The notes: generated by a model from the letters alone, not told the origin. A stretch of 64,000 bases of DNA from Rhina ancylostomus (GCA_030265395.1 JARFYF010000104.1:25542012-25606011), one strand, 5' to 3'. Positions 12,421 through 26,701 are shown, counted from the stretch's first letter. Translations and numbers: made by a program.

Positions 12421-13509
12421 TTTCTTCTCCACAGAATCTTTATCCAAATGAATAAGCTAAAAAGTCCAATCTGACTCAACATCTGATGTAGCAGATTTCT
12501 CAGAGTAATCGTTGGAAAACCCCAGCAAATTCCTCCACTACCTTTAGGTTTCATGTGGAGTTCAGCAACAGAGCACAGCTAGGGAATTGTTGGCTGTTTT
12601 TATCTGGGTGAATTCAGGACTTCCATTTCATGCAGGAACCACACATTTGTTGGCACTTATGTTGGAAAAGAGAAATTGCATGCAGGTTATTATGGTTGTT
12701 TCATGACTTGTTTACTGGTACCCAGCCTTACTTCTCCACTTTCAACATCTGTGACAGCACCATGCTGTTTGTCTGCTTCTACAATGTCAAATCTTGGATA
12801 CATTCAACTTAATTGTAATAAGTTAATGGCAAAGAAGTCCATTTCTGTAATATTACCAATTATCTAAACAGAAAGTTATTGTCTGACATACAAATAAGGA
12901 CAAAATTTTCTGCTCCAGAGGGCCAGCTTCCACATAATCATCCTGATGGCCCATAATCAGGGCCAACAACTTAATGTGATTTTTTTTCTTTTCATGGAAA
13001 GAATGAGAAAATTGTTATGGCACAGAGTGAGATCATTCAAGCCATTGAGTTAATTCTTTATTTCTCCGTGAGATGCCTCTCAACAATTATTCACACTACC
13101 TTTGAAAATTCAGGAGACCATTATTATCTGGTTATTTTCTACACTGCCTTACATTGACACTCCTATCCTATAACAACAGCTAAAAGTTGGTTTTAGCTTA
13201 CATTTCCTTCATTTATGTTGGATTGTTTCAATACAATGAGAATGAGAATGTGAAAGATCTGGGTTTTGATGTATCAGCTTTGGGTTAGAACTGGGCTTTG
13301 ACTTTTACTAAGTGAGATAGAATTATAGAATGTTATACTGTGAAAGGAGGCTATTGAAGGCATTTCCCCGACCCTTTACTTATATTTCTAACATCATAAA
13401 TATAACAGAACACACACCTTCATGGTTTTATATTACATAGTGCAAAGTGTTCGATTGTATATTAGTGCAGAAACTAAAGATTTCAAAAATAAATGATTGA
13501 CAGTATAAT

Positions 13510-14100
13510 ATCATGGAGTCATATAGCATGTCAACAGGTCCTCAGGCCCACTGAGTTTGTTCTGACCACCAAACGCACATCTGCATTAATCAAACTTTTC
13601 CCCTCATATCCCCATCAATTCCAGCCCTGCTGATTTTCCTGCCACCTACCTTCACTGGGGACAATTCCCGCAGTTGCTGGTTTCTATAACATCACCATTG
13701 TCTACAGCATTTCAGATCATAAGAAATATAAGCACATTGTGTCCAACCTTGGCCTGAATGTTATTTTCCCTCACTATCTCTCCATATCCCTCTTAGTTTA
13801 GGTCACTTGTAGTTCAAATATCTGTCAATCTCTGCCTTGAATATATTTGATGAGTCTGCCTCCATAGCTCTTTGGGGCAGGTAATTCCAAAGGATCAGAA
13901 TCCCCTGAGAAAAGAAATATCTCATGCTCATTTTCCAACTTCTTTGCTACGCGTTTAACCTGTTTATATCCCTTCACAGATTCTTTGCATCCTTCTCACA
14001 ATTTGCTCACCTTTGTATTATTAGTAAATTTGAGTGCAGTACACTTAGTTCCTTTATTCAAATTATTGTAAATAGATGAAGTCCAGCACTGATCCTTGAG
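13510..14100 (-). mobile_element. Decayed CR1 3' fragments
   Basis: catggagtcatatagcatg...caggcccac and tctgccttgaatatatttga...tccatagctctttggggcaggtaattccaaagg are reverse CR1 3' motifs. Confidence 0.6.
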
Positions 14101-17100
14101 GCACTGTTTGGCGTAGGATGCTTTTGTAGTTGCCGATAACTGATTCCGTTGTGTTCTTTATTGACCTGTCTTCTTAGACACAGCACTCTTGGGCACAGCT
14201 CAATGTCTTAACATTTCTGCATTGTCATTTGCCAACGTGGCTTGATTAGCCTTAATCTAATGCTGCAAATGTTGTTGATGTTAATTTCAGTAGGATTATT
14301 GATTTACAACTTGAAGTGGCTTGGCAACCTTTCTTACAGGAGCAGCAACATAAATCCAAAGCAAATATCTGGAAAGTACATTTTGATCATTTTTTAGTTC
14401 AGCATTCGTCAACCACATAACCAAAGGGACAACACAAACTGTGCCAAGCAAGCAAAAAAGATATACATTTGAGCATGAACTATATGTTAAATCTAAATAT
14501 GTAAGTTAACACCAATGGAACAAGTATTACTGGACAAATTAAAGTTTGCTCATTTATTTTTTAAATTCCTTATATTCCTCAATTGACTTTGGTTGAAAAG
14601 ATCCCTAAGAAGTATACTGTTGAATATTGCTTATTTATCAGTCAACCTCTGCAATCATTGGTTACCAGGCTGATAACTACCTTCAGAATAAATAGATCAT
14701 TTGATGTTATGGTGTGCATTGAACTTCAGGTATCCTCCATGTGAAGCCAGCAGCTGGAATGTAACAGATTATGATAATTTTGCTGAGAAGGGTGAAGAAA
14801 TTGAGCCTATGAAGACATGGAGATAAATTTCAAAGTCTCTCAGAGTAAACGAATGGAAATGAAAAACAAGCAGATTCTACAAAATTATGGTTAATCTATG
14901 AGTCCCAGACTGCAGGTTGAAAACCTTCCCCTTCAAGTAAATATAATCTCCTGGCAGTTCTACTAGTGAAGTTCAAGATAGATTCACCCATTGAGAGAAC
15001 ATGTTACAGGCTCTCAATTAAATCGCTGATTGGACCTTACATAGCCCTATACTCACCTCTCACGTATGGGAAATAGCAATAGAGAGTAGATTGAATACTC
15101 TCGTCCTACTTGGCAGAACACAGTTTCAGCCCATACAGAGTTTGGAAAGACAACAGAACAGGTTTTTAATGGGATGTTTATCTGATGCTGGTGTGATTAT
15201 CACTAAACCATTCAGATCAAGGCAATCTCAGTTCAGTTCCCCCTACTTGCAATGTCTTGTTTTCAGAGATTTGTGTTTATTGTTTGATTCTTTTTCCTTC
15301 AGATGGTGTAAATACTGGTTAGCAGTTTGTAATACTGATCTATATACCCTATCATAACTTGTTGCACGTTGAACAATTGAAGTCCGGGACAATTTGCCCT
15401 ATTTTTTTATTTGCTTTAGTGGGGGCTGAAGGTTGGGAAATGATTCTTTCTGGTGCCTCATCAAGAGAATAACACTAAATATAAACTGTGAAAGGTGCAA
15501 AGATTAAAATAACTACAATTGCCAAACAGACTGAGACAAGTTAGAATCTTGCTTTTTCTTAACAAATTGGTTAACAATTTTTGACAATTTAATTCACAAG
15601 TTTTGTTAATATTTGGGTTAATAACATTTCGAATGTATTTTCATGTAAGCTTCAGAATTTCTAGGATGACGTTCATATTTGTTAAATGCAGCTCATTCTC
15701 AGAAAACTCTAAGACTAAGGTAAATAATTCAAACCTTCCTGTTCATAACCAAAGGGTTTTGTCAAAATGAACAGTAAAACAAAATGCCAGAGCTGCTTTA
15801 AAGAAAGAGAAGAAGATCACTAGGGTCAAGAAGAATGAACTGGCAATGTCAATGACAGCCATATAGTTTATCAATGTTAACAGAATGTTAATAACCTGAC
15901 AGTGGCAGCTAAGGTAAGAAATACCAGGTGCTGCCTGACCTGCTGAGTGTTTCCAGCATTATCTATTATAAATTGCTTGCACCTCCTTCTGATGAGATAC
16001 TCTTTGGAATATTTCTATTTAGCTGTCTGTTGCATTTAGGAGATACTCCACATAAACTTTCCTTCACCTAAATGTAGCTAGTTGTTTTCCAGGAAACAGT
16101 GATGTATGATGCTTGGTAAATATGTCTAATTAGTGGATTGACACTGGTTATTAAAGATCTTATCCCATAATCGATGTAGTGACCGAGGAGGCATTCAACC
16201 TTGGTTGACGGTTTAGGTTGGTACCAATTGCAGGTGAATGAGTGAAAATAGTGCCTGAACCTGTTACATTGAAGAACCCAGCTGTCAGAAACACCCAGAG
16301 TGGACTCATCACATTTCTGTATTTGCTTATGCATCTTTCATTTCCTTCACAGAGAACAGCTTATTTCAGTATCAGCTGAGTACTGCATTAAAGAACCCTA
16401 GAGAAGGTGGATGAAATTTCCTGTTCACCTACAGATGGTTTTAGAGATCAGGCTTCCACCTTATCAGTTATTGTTAATAACTGGCACCTGGTGAGCTAGA
16501 TGCCCTTGTCACTAACCTCAGAGAATATAATGGACAATACAACTTTGCTTTGATAACATTGCAGAATGATCCACATATGTCATCACCCCTATATTAGTCA
16601 TTGAAATATACTAATGGTTGAATCCAGTTCATTTTCATATACCTGGCTTGATGTGGTTTGCTAGTAATTTCTCATTGAAGTTTATTAATTGCTTGGCATC
16701 TATTCTGAGTATTATAGTCCCTTAGATTGAGGGAAGTTTCCACCTATTTCTTTTTATACAGCTGAGAGTATGTAACAATATTCTAGATATCTCATGATAA
16801 CTTCTGGTGATTGTGGAGCAACTCAGTGTTTGAGAAGATTGACTGATGTAAACATTGATCATTCCCATGACTGTGATAGTTGAGAAACTGCAATTTATTC
16901 ATGTAAATCATCTTACATATTTCTGAATTTTTTTGCTTCCCACAACAATTTTCTTTAGTTCGCTGTCAACGCTTCCACAGGTTTGGCCTTTGGTCTAATT
17001 GCTGGTACAGCACTACAGTGTAACACTGATTATAATGCAGGGTAAAATTATCTCAATTGCAGTTCAGCAATTGGTATTCTTTTGAAATCACTGTTTTTGT

Positions 17101-18439
17101 TCTTTTACAAAGTAATTGCAAAATGTTCTCATGACAAGGCCTGACAATCCAAATGAACCTTTCTTGTTTGACAGAAACAATAACAAAAGCATGTAATATA
17201 TTTTTCACTCACCCCAAATGTTTTGCTTGCAATATGTTTCATTTTGTCATCACAACTTTGTTTGTGTTTGGGTGCTTGGAGTGATTGATATTCTTGGCTA
17301 AATTGTTTTTAAGAATACAGAACTTGCCAAAGCAAACAACTTGAATGAAAGTGTAGAGAAGAGGTCTGAAAGCGTGCTGGAATGGATCCGTGACTGAGTT
17401 CACTTAAGGGTGAAATCATCGGATAGAGAAAAACAAGGAAACCTGCACCACATATTTTATGCACATATTGCACAGATTGGTGGAAACTTATGTCATTCAG
17501 TTGCACAAATGTAGAACTCTAAAAATGTCCTTCATTTTCATCAGCAGCAAATTGCTGAAATCAAGATAAAATCATATTGCGTAACATGCTGCTGCCAACA
17601 TAGTACTCACTAACGTCAATCAGCAACAACATACCTAAACACAGTCTGTGGCTGTTCATCTATTTTTTTAAAAGAAGTTTCAACTTATTAAATTTTAATA
17701 AATTATCCATTTATTAAAATTACTCATTAAACAACACTGGAGAATTTCTTTACCGTAAAAATATGTAACTCAATTGCATAGATTGTAATATCTACAATGT
17801 ATTTACAAACATTGCTTTGCTGCTCACTTTGATTCATTTTCTGCTTGTGAAGCATGCTGGTAGAGCATTACAAAGATTGCTTTGTCCATGAATTGCTGCA
17901 GTCCTTCAGGATATGCTGCTCTTACATTGGTATTAGGTTGGAAATTCTAGGATTCTGAACTAGTAATAGTAAATATAGAGTGATATATGTCCACTTCATG
18001 GACTTTGGAAGGTAGTTTACTCAAATGATGTTCTTATCTTTGAAAATAAAGTATTGCTTCTACCTCAACAGTAATCATGCCACCCAGTTCATTCTTCAGT
18101 ACTTACTATCACAAAAATACATATGTCTGTATGCTTGAGCCAGACTAAAGCATGGCAGGCAAGNNNNNNNNNNNNNNNNNNNNNNNNNNNNNNNNNNNNN
18201 NNNNNNNNNNNNNNNNNNNNNNNNNNNNNNNNNNNNNNNNNNNNNNNNNNNNNNNNNNNNNNNNNNNNNNNNNNNNNNNNNNNNNNNNNNNNNNNNNNNN
18301 NNNNNNNNNNNNNNNNNNNNNNNNNNNNNNNNNNNNNNNNNNNNNNNNNNNNNNNNNNNNNNNNNNNNNNNNNNNNGTAAATTGTGAGGCCAAGAATCCA
18401 CCCTTATCAAACTAGGAGATCATTTTGTAATTTTATAAC

Positions 18440-18800
18440 ATCAGGATAGAAGCTGTCCTTGAGCCTGGTGGTATGTGCTTTCAGGCTTTTGTATCTTCTG
18501 CCTGATGGAAGGGGAGAGAAGGGAGAATGTCCAGGGTGGGTGGGGTCTTTGATTATGTGGCTGCTCTACTGAGGCAGAGGAAGTGTAGACAAAGTCCACA
18601 GAGGGTAGGTTGGTTTCTATGATGCACTGAGTTGTGCCCACAGCTCTGCAGCTTCTTGCAGGCCCAGGCAGAGGAATTGCCATACCAGGCATGATGCACC
18701 TGGATCAGATGCATTCTACGTTGCATCTGTAAAAATTGGCCAGGGCCAAAGGGGACATTTCTTTAGCATCCTGAGGAAGCAGAGGTGCTGGTGTGCTCTT
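18440..18800 (-). mobile_element. Rex/Babar-type LINE 3' coding end
   Basis: Minus strand reads IIKDPTHPGHSPFSPLPSGRRYKSLKAHTTRLKDSFYP, the typical C-terminus of this LINE group. Confidence 0.8.
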
Positions 18801-19579
18801 ACCGTTTGCTGTTCAACTGTGCTGTTGTTCTTCAGAGTACCAGTTCCTCTCTAAGCAAACTTTCTTCACAATCCTTATCCTCAAAGTGAATGAACAAAAC
18901 GGTTTCCTGCCATTGCATAAAACTTATCTTTTACGTCATGACAGCCACACATTTCACAAGTCACCTACCATGGCTTGACCCTAATCAACATTTTAAGCTT
19001 TTTACCTGTCACTTGAGTTTGTTCCCTCACTGGAACATTTGTCCTACTTTTACAATTTCAACTTTTCATTGGAAGTCCTTGTAGCTTAGCTTTCTGCCAA
19101 GACTTCATTCAGTTATTACATAGAGTGCTTCTTTTACATTTACCGAGAGAATTCTTCCCTCAGGACATCAACCTCCATATTAATTTATGTTGATAGTTCT
19201 CCTATGATTTATTTACATATTTCTATACCTTTAACCTCAAATCTGTATCAACCTCTTGCCCACACCCATGGGCAAATTATTTATATTCTCACATGTCTTC
19301 ACCATGAGAGTAGTCACCTCTGACTATTTCCTTGTTCCTCTTGCAATTTACATCTCCCTGCTTACATCCAACCCCTTGATTGTTAAAAATTTCACCAGGG
19401 TACTAAGATGATCTCTAACACCCTCCAGCCCTTAACAACCCTTGGTGAACACTCTTGTTGTTCTTCACCTGCTGAAGGTTTCCTCAGTTCTGGCTTTGCA
19501 TCAACATTCATAACCCCTGTATTTTATCCTGGTACAGAATTTACCTTCAACTCAGTTGAAAGCTAAGAATTGTATGAAA

Positions 19580-20150
19580 CTAGAATCATAGGATCAGAGA
19601 ATAGCAGAACACCATTCAGTCCATCATCTGTACTGTGTCCATGCAGGAACAATTCAGCTATTCCTACTTCCACATACTGTCTCCACGTCTCTGCATATGG
19701 TTTTCTTTCAGATATTTCTACAGCTTCCCTTTCACTCCTATGGCTGAATCTTCTGCCAGTGCTACATTTCAGGCTCCAGCCACTCACTGTTAAAAAATCA
19801 TTTTTCCTCATGTCACTATTTGCTCTTTTGTCAGTCACCTTCATTCTATGTCCCTTAGTTCCTGACTCCCTTCTCTCTTTCAATTCTGTCTGTAACCTAC
19901 AAGCTTTTAGATACCTCTCTCAGATTCCCTCAAACCTCCTCAGTTCCAAGGAGGACAACTCCAGTTTCTCCTTTCAAATCACATAACTGAAGTCCCCCAT
20001 TCCTGAAACCATTTTAGTAAATTTCTTCTGCATCCTCCCCAAAACCTTTATATCTTTCCTAAAGTGTGGTACCTTGAATTGGACAATACTCTAATTGTGG
20101 CTGAACTAGTGTTTTGTAAATATTCATCATGACTTCCTTACTCCTGTATT
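19580..20150 (-). mobile_element. CR1 LINE 3' part, decayed
   Basis: tagaatcatag tail, ccactcactgttaaaaaatcatttttcctcatgtc and ttcctaaagtgtggtaccttgaattggacaatactc (reverse of EY.VQF..PH.RKD). Confidence 0.75.
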
Positions 20151-20249
20151 CTGCATATGCAGGTAGTGCATTTCCTGCAAAAGCTTAATAATCAAAAAAG
20201 TAAAGATGGAGGTGTAAATAACAAAGAGGCCAAGGAATGCCAACGGTAA

Positions 20250-21320
20250 ATCTGAATGGACGATATCAAGCATTGATATTTCCTCACTTCAATTATTCCC
20301 ATGTCTTTTTCTTCACCCCCATTTGCAATATCACATCAGTACAAATTCCTGTTATTGGCCAGAACTGGAACATTTTCATCAGCTTTTCTACCTGTTTCCA
20401 CTCTTCCTTCCACTTCATATGGTGCTTCTTATGTATCTTTCTTTTTCCTCAGCCAAGTATTTCCCCACACCACAGATGACAATGCTCTTGAACAGGTTGG
20501 TCCATTTCCCAACAGTATCCTATTATCTTCTCTCCTGTCTTCCAGAACAACATTGGAGTATCTTTGTCCTTACTCCCACCTCACCAGCCTCCACATATAG
20601 AAACCATTCCTCAGTCATAGCAAGCAGCCTCTTCCCCTTCCACAGAACCTTCCCATCAAGCCACAGGAAGTGCTACAACTACCCTTTTATAACTCATCTT
20701 CCCACTGCTCAGATTATTTTTTCAGATGAAGACTGATTTTCTTCTAATTTTTTTTAAATGTAGTATAATATATTCTCCCTCACACTGCATTCCCTTTAAA
20801 AATGGTGACTAAAGAGAGATCTGATGAATATTTTCTAGTACATCTCCATTTAGTTCAAGACCATGGCCCAGTGATTTTGGTTACCTGTCATTTTATTTCT
20901 CCATAATGACCTTTTCAACTTTGTTGTCTTTGGCTCCCTAACCATTCCAATGAATCTCAACACAAGATCAAGAAATAACATCCTTTGATGCTGGTGATCT
21001 GGTCTGGTCTGTATTGAGCTCATTAATTTCAGAAAATGATTCTGCCTTGCCCATTTGCATGTCCATTTTTGTTTCTTCACATGTCCCATTACACCTCATT
21101 TGCCTTAAACCTTAATTCCTTGTGTCATTTAGTCACTGTTGCCTTCCCCCATCACCAATGCCATTCCTCTGTTTTCTTACCTCACCTCCATTTCTCAATA
21201 TCTTATAATTAGTTTTATCACCACTTTTTTACAGTTCTGGTCAAAGATCTTTAATCTGAAAGTCAACTGTACTCTCTTTGGACTCCACCTGATCTGTCAT
21301 TTGTTTCCAGAATTTTGTGT
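20250..21320 (+). mobile_element. Penelope-like element remnant
   Basis: C/T-rich decayed stretch similar to the reverse of 11090-12420 (ttgtccttactcccacctcaccagcctccacat, ggttacctgtcattttatttctcc, ending in the gtttccagaattttgtgttttta-type repeat). Confidence 0.6.
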
Positions 21321-22254
21321 TTTTATAACAATTATGACCATATGCCCAACTTCCTTTGGCGTTGACTCTACCATCACATCCACATTTCAATATCTCATAT
21401 GTCGTTCATGTTCTTTCATTCTGTATCTTCTCTCCAATCCCGTCACCATACCCTGAAATCTCAGCTATCCCAGCCTTATATTTTTGGAATCTCTTCTTAT
21501 AAGATTGTGCTTCAAATTGTTCCCTAACTAAATTTCAAAATGGAAAATGTTGGAAATACTCAATAATTAGGCAGCATCTATGGAGAGAGAGCAAACAGAA
21601 TTAATATTACAGGTTGACTTCCCATCTCCATGGATGCTGCCTGGCCTGCTGAGTATTTCCAGTATTTTTCGTTTGCATTCCATCAAAAGTTTGTTTCTTG
21701 TCATGCTAAATGAGCATTTGTTTAACTTCAGATTTTCAACAGTGTTTGTATGTCACAGTTCTAGTATTTTTCTTTCTCTTATTCATATCCCTCTAGAAAC
21801 ACTTCCTCCAGACAGATCAGTGGCTATGAACAAACCTTCACTTCCCTCTCTCAGCCAGCACCAACACTATTTATGGCATTCAACCTCTTTTGGCATCCAC
21901 AGTATCTCTATCTTCCTCCATTTCTATCAGCCCTGCAACTTAAAGCGTTTTTGCTGCTTGTCCTTTCTTTATTTTGTTGGGATTGTGTGCACTTGCAACA
22001 TTAACTCTTGTTTCTTCACTTTCTCTGAGACATTTTCTGCTTTTTTTTCCCAGCATCTTCTGCTTATATTTCAGATTTACGGCTTCTGCAGTTTTCTGTG
22101 TTTGGATTGCGGTGGAATGCCTTCAGCCGTGTTACTAAGTAACCTCTTCTGCGGGTGACACCGCGGCTCAAGTCTGGAGCTCAGCACACTCTGTAGGTAG
22201 TGCAGGAGAGCTGATCCGGATTCTTTGCTTTCGACAAATTTCCCAACGCTATTG

Positions 22255-22349
22255 ACAGAACGCCAATGACATCCTTCAGCCAGCCAATGTAAGAACAAAG
22301 CAGAATTTTGTAAGATAACCAGGATCCTCACTCCCTTGGCGAGGTAAGA
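22255..22349 (+). promoter_or_regulatory. Candidate CCAAT promoter with short first exon ending at 22343
   Basis: ccaat at 22263-22267 and 22284-22288; consensus donor gag|gtaaga at 22343/22344; lies at the left edge of domain A. Confidence 0.4.
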
Positions 22350-25249
22350 TTGCAGTTCTTATCTAGTTGAGGTTAATCACTATAAAAATTCAGAACAATC
22401 CCATTGTGCATTAAATGTGTGCATCCAAAGCTAACTCGGCCTTTTCAAAGTGACCCGAATCTTTTAAGTTTTGCACTGAGCGTAGACGACTTCAGAATGC
22501 GTGGAAATGAAATACTATTTGCCTTTTAGTTCAGCTCACTCAACACAATTGACAATTCCCAATAATGGGCGAGCAAATAATCCGGTTAATCTTTAATGTA
22601 TAAACCCTTCCTTTGATGTCACCTACACCTGTAATATTCCCTTCTGCAATTATCCAGAGTGGGCAAGTCCATGTTTTATTGTGCCTGTGGAAAAGGGCAA
22701 CTACCTCCTTTAAAACTGCCACAACTTGTTACTGCATTTTACATGACTCTTTAAAGCTTTAAAGCTGTAGTGACCACATCAAAATCGAAACGGAAACATT
22801 ATACATTTCTGTGGCCATGTGAACGATATGTAACCTTTTAAACCAAACTGAACCCGTCTTATGGTATTTATGTTGTATAATCAAAATTCTAAACACACGC
22901 ACACGTGTATAATGTTACTGCTCGGCTTGATTCCCTGCTAACAGTGATTAGTTACACAGAAACCTTGTATCACATCCAGAGAACTAAAGGAAGTTTTCAG
23001 GTATATATTTTAGATTTCAAGTATTTGGTTACAAATATGTATTATTTATGGACCAAGCAAGAGCCAGTCATAGGTAAGAGTAATTGAATATTGGTATAAT
23101 GCTCCATGAATGCAAGAATACTGGTAAACACGATGTAATTACCTTTGCGCCTTGGTTTCATTGTGTTCTTGCATTTCCCTTGCTTTTTCAAAATAGGATG
23201 AATTAGATTTAATAACATTTCAATGATGAAGGAATCATTAATTGAGCCAAACTCAAACTTTATATGAAATACTTTAACATGTAAGTATTGATAAAGCATC
23301 ATGGGTAGAAACGTCCAAAACGTCCAAGAAGAAATTTGGCAAATTGCTCGTGCACATCTACTTCAGAACAATAAAATGTAATGGTTATGTTTCTGTCCGT
23401 AGATCCACTGGCCAATGTATCCTTGTGTAAACATCTATACCCCTAAGCAACTTTTTATACTTTTTTGCTCGGTCTTGCTGTGTATCAGAATTCCTGGGGG
23501 TATAATTTTCTCACATATGGCGATTGAGCATTAGCTGAAATAAAAGGTCACTTTGATGGTTCAGATCATTAATAAGGAGGGGAAAAAAATCCTCCCTGAC
23601 GGGTGAGTTCACAGGTCTCATAATTGCAGAATGATGGAATATCTCCCTGCAGACTAGAGGAGAACATTTAAAAACCAAGTTAGTAATTAACAAAAACATT
23701 TACAAAAACTCAGGACAAACTTTACAGATGAAAGCGGATTTAAAAAGGCAGATGGCAACTAACAGTGGGGAACGAAAGACTTTGGACTCTAAGGTTTGAA
23801 TAGAAGTATTCCTGGGTCATTGGGAGTGTTTGTTAGTTCATTCATTAAGATCATTGCAATATATTTTCTCATGTAAATGATTTGGAAAGGGTTTTTATTT
23901 TTAAAAGTAATTTAAAAATTTAGTTAATCAGATAGCAAGTTTCCAGATTCTCCATGTTACTTTTTATGAATGTATTACTAATGCCCTTGTGGACTTGCTA
24001 AGACGTGGCAAGCTATTGGAAGGAATGTATTTCATTGCGCAATTCATAGAAATTCGGGATATTTTGATAAAGAACATATATATATGTGAGTTTGTGTTAT
24101 TGAACTTCTAACCACGCTAAAACTTCACATTTCTTATTAAAACATTTAAAAATTGATGAGAAGAAAAAAATAACGATGGGGTTCAATAGACAATTCATTC
24201 GGAAACAAAAGATAAAATACTGGAAGAACTCAGCGGGTCGAGGAGCATCTGTGAAGGCAGTGATGGTCGACATTTCGGGTCGTGATCCGGTATCATGTTA
24301 TCTTTTGCTCTTTGGCTCCAGTATCTGCAGTCCCTTGTGTCTCCAGTTCGTTCAGCAAAACCGGTCCAATTACTTCCTTAGGTACTAAAAATCCATAATC
24401 GGGATGTTCACAAACACACAGATATTCACAGAGAGAAGTAGAAAATAACACAGTACCGCAATGGCACCAGAGTCGTCCAGAATTTTACTAGTTATATCAT
24501 AAATGACAATGAAATTCAGTGTCTTCGAAGAATGTGATTCAATTAGTTCATTTAATTAATTCATTATAAATAAATTTCCGTGTTTTATTGCCTGCAGCTT
24601 TATGTCGTTATTTGTGCTAAATTAATGTGATTGTTAACGTGTTGCGTTTGAATGTAGATCAAACATTCACGTAAAGACTTCGCCATGATGTACTTAGAGA
24701 GAAATAAAACACCTTATTAAGTTTGCGTAGACCTATATTTAAACATTATGAGTAAATTAGTATAGGCTCCATGGGGAAATACTTGGGTAGTTTTCCTTTA
24801 CATTACCAACGAATTCTCAGGAAAAAGGTACTAATTCTCGAATTGTTATGGGTCAAATCCTTCCTTCCTTTCCTGAGTACTCAGCCGAGGTCAACGGGAC
24901 TCACAGAGGTGGGATTTCTTGCCCGAGAATTGCATTTTGATTTATTTTTATCAAAACAAGCAGCCAGAAATGTATTTCCAGATTGGCGAATAACTACATA
25001 TTATTTTAAAGCTCACCTCATCTGGTTCAATACGGCTTAGCTGTTATTTATTACTTAAAAACTGCTTACTCTGTGGAAAGTGCATATCAGTCAAATTTTT
25101 CAATCTGCCATTGTCCTACAATATCGTTATCGTGTCTGGGCCACTGCCGCCTCCCCAACTCAGANNNNNNNNNNAACTCAGAGCACCTTCCCGTGAGTAC
25201 ATATTCACGCAAACACTCGGCGGAATACTCTCTAAGCAGTTTCACAACC

Positions 25250-25880
25250 TCTCGTGATACAGCCCTTCAAACACGGGTAGTTCAACCTCCCATCCCCCAC
25301 ACATAGCGCAACAAAACAATGCCACCATCTCCCTTCTCTCATGCACACGCCCACAATGATACAGCTACTCCCTAACACCGAGTGCTATACAACTGCACAG
25401 TTTTATAAATACTTCCACACGCAGTGATACCACTTCATACCTCTTTCACAAAACAATATGACATCTCCCTGGGCACAACGTCCCTTACAAAACTTGTGAG
25501 ACAGCATCCCCGATATAATGTGTAACACACACTGACATAATCCACGATACCCCGAACGATACAGCTTTACACCTCGCGATGAATTCCCCCTCCACCGCAC
25601 GCACGTTGTGATAAAAATGCCCACTAATTTCCGAAGAGGGACATACACGGAATGGTCCCCTCACCCCCATCCCACACAGTGACAGGACTTCTCTTCCACC
25701 GTTTGAAAAACGCTGCTCTCACGCGCAGTGATACAATGTACTCTTCCCACCCCCCCTCCCCTCCCCACACACGCCAGCAATCACACACAAACGCATACAA
25801 CGCAATGATTGAACGTCCAAACTGGAGGTGCTACACTTCCATGTACATGTGCAACGCTCGCAGGAAGCACACACACTGAC
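25250..25880. repeat. Degenerate C/A-rich minisatellite-like tract with a recurring gtgatacag-like motif
   Basis: Motif variants at 25254, 25356, 25424, 25496, 25557 and 25728, separated by cacac and ccc runs. Confidence 0.55.
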
Positions 25881-26079
25881 AGCGATCACTCTTTCCCTCT
25901 GATGGAGAAAAGTTGTGCTGGCGCACAGGAGGAGATGGTGACTTCCATTGAGGAGTGGCTCCTGAGTTTTCCTGGTGGACCTTGAATTTTGAGCGCTGGT
26001 GTTGTGTCGCCTTTCAAAACATATGGTCCTGTCTGTGTGTACATTACCAACAGGCGAAAATTCACCGAGGTGATTTCAC

Positions 26080-26390
26080 TGGCATTCCTCCACAAGACCC
26101 TCCAAATCCTCTGGCAGGGCAGACCCTCTCCCAGGCCCACATCCCCCACACGGAGGGTCCATTTACATTCAGCCGGCTCCGACGTGCAGGCCACGTTGTA
26201 AGCTTGTCTCACGCCAGATCCCGAAGAAGACATCCTGCCTCAAGCTCTGTCACAGCAAGAGATTCCCGGTCAGACAGAGGAAACACGAATGTCCTTAAAA
26301 CCTCAGTGAAAAAACAAGTGACATCCCTTTCAACTCGTAGATGTCTTTGGCCCCGACCTCACAACATGGAGAGGGAGAGTCTGGCGTGGC
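26080..26390 (+). mobile_element. RTE-clade LINE, ORF C-terminal remnant
   Basis: Frameshifted FLHKTLQILWQGR / LSQAHIPHTEGPFTFSRLRRAGHVV...NVLKTSVKK matches RTE CLR.IL.I.WQD...LRWAGHV.RM...D.LK.SLKK. Confidence 0.8.
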
Positions 26391-26654
26391 ACGGANNNNN
26401 NNNNNNNNNNNNNNNNNNNNNNNNNNNNNNNNNNNNNNNNNNNNNNNNNNNNNNNNNNNNNNNNNNNNNNNNNNNNNNNNNNNNNNNNNNNNNNNNNNNN
26501 NNNNNNNNNNNNNNNNNNNNNNNNNNNNNNNNNNNNNNNNNNNNNNNNNNNNNNNNNNNNNNNNNNNNNNNNNNNNNNNNNNNNNNNNNNNNNNNNNNNN
26601 NNNNNNNNNNNNNNNNNNNNNNNNNNNNNNNNNNNNNNNNNNNNNNNNNNNNNN

Positions 26655-26697
<43 letters not shown>
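26655..26697 (+). repeat. (CA)n microsatellite abutting an N gap
   Basis: Perfect AC dinucleotide run. Confidence 0.98.

Positions 26698-26701
<4 letters not shown>

Noticed and set aside
22050-22100. Acceptor-like tatttcAG just upstream of the CCAAT region
   Set aside because: Part of the common ttatttcagatttccagcatctgcagttt repeat tail seen elsewhere in the window.
21580-22158. 192-aa ORF
   Set aside because: Built from short-repeat and pyrimidine-rich TE tail sequence; low-complexity F/L/S composition and no recognisable domain.
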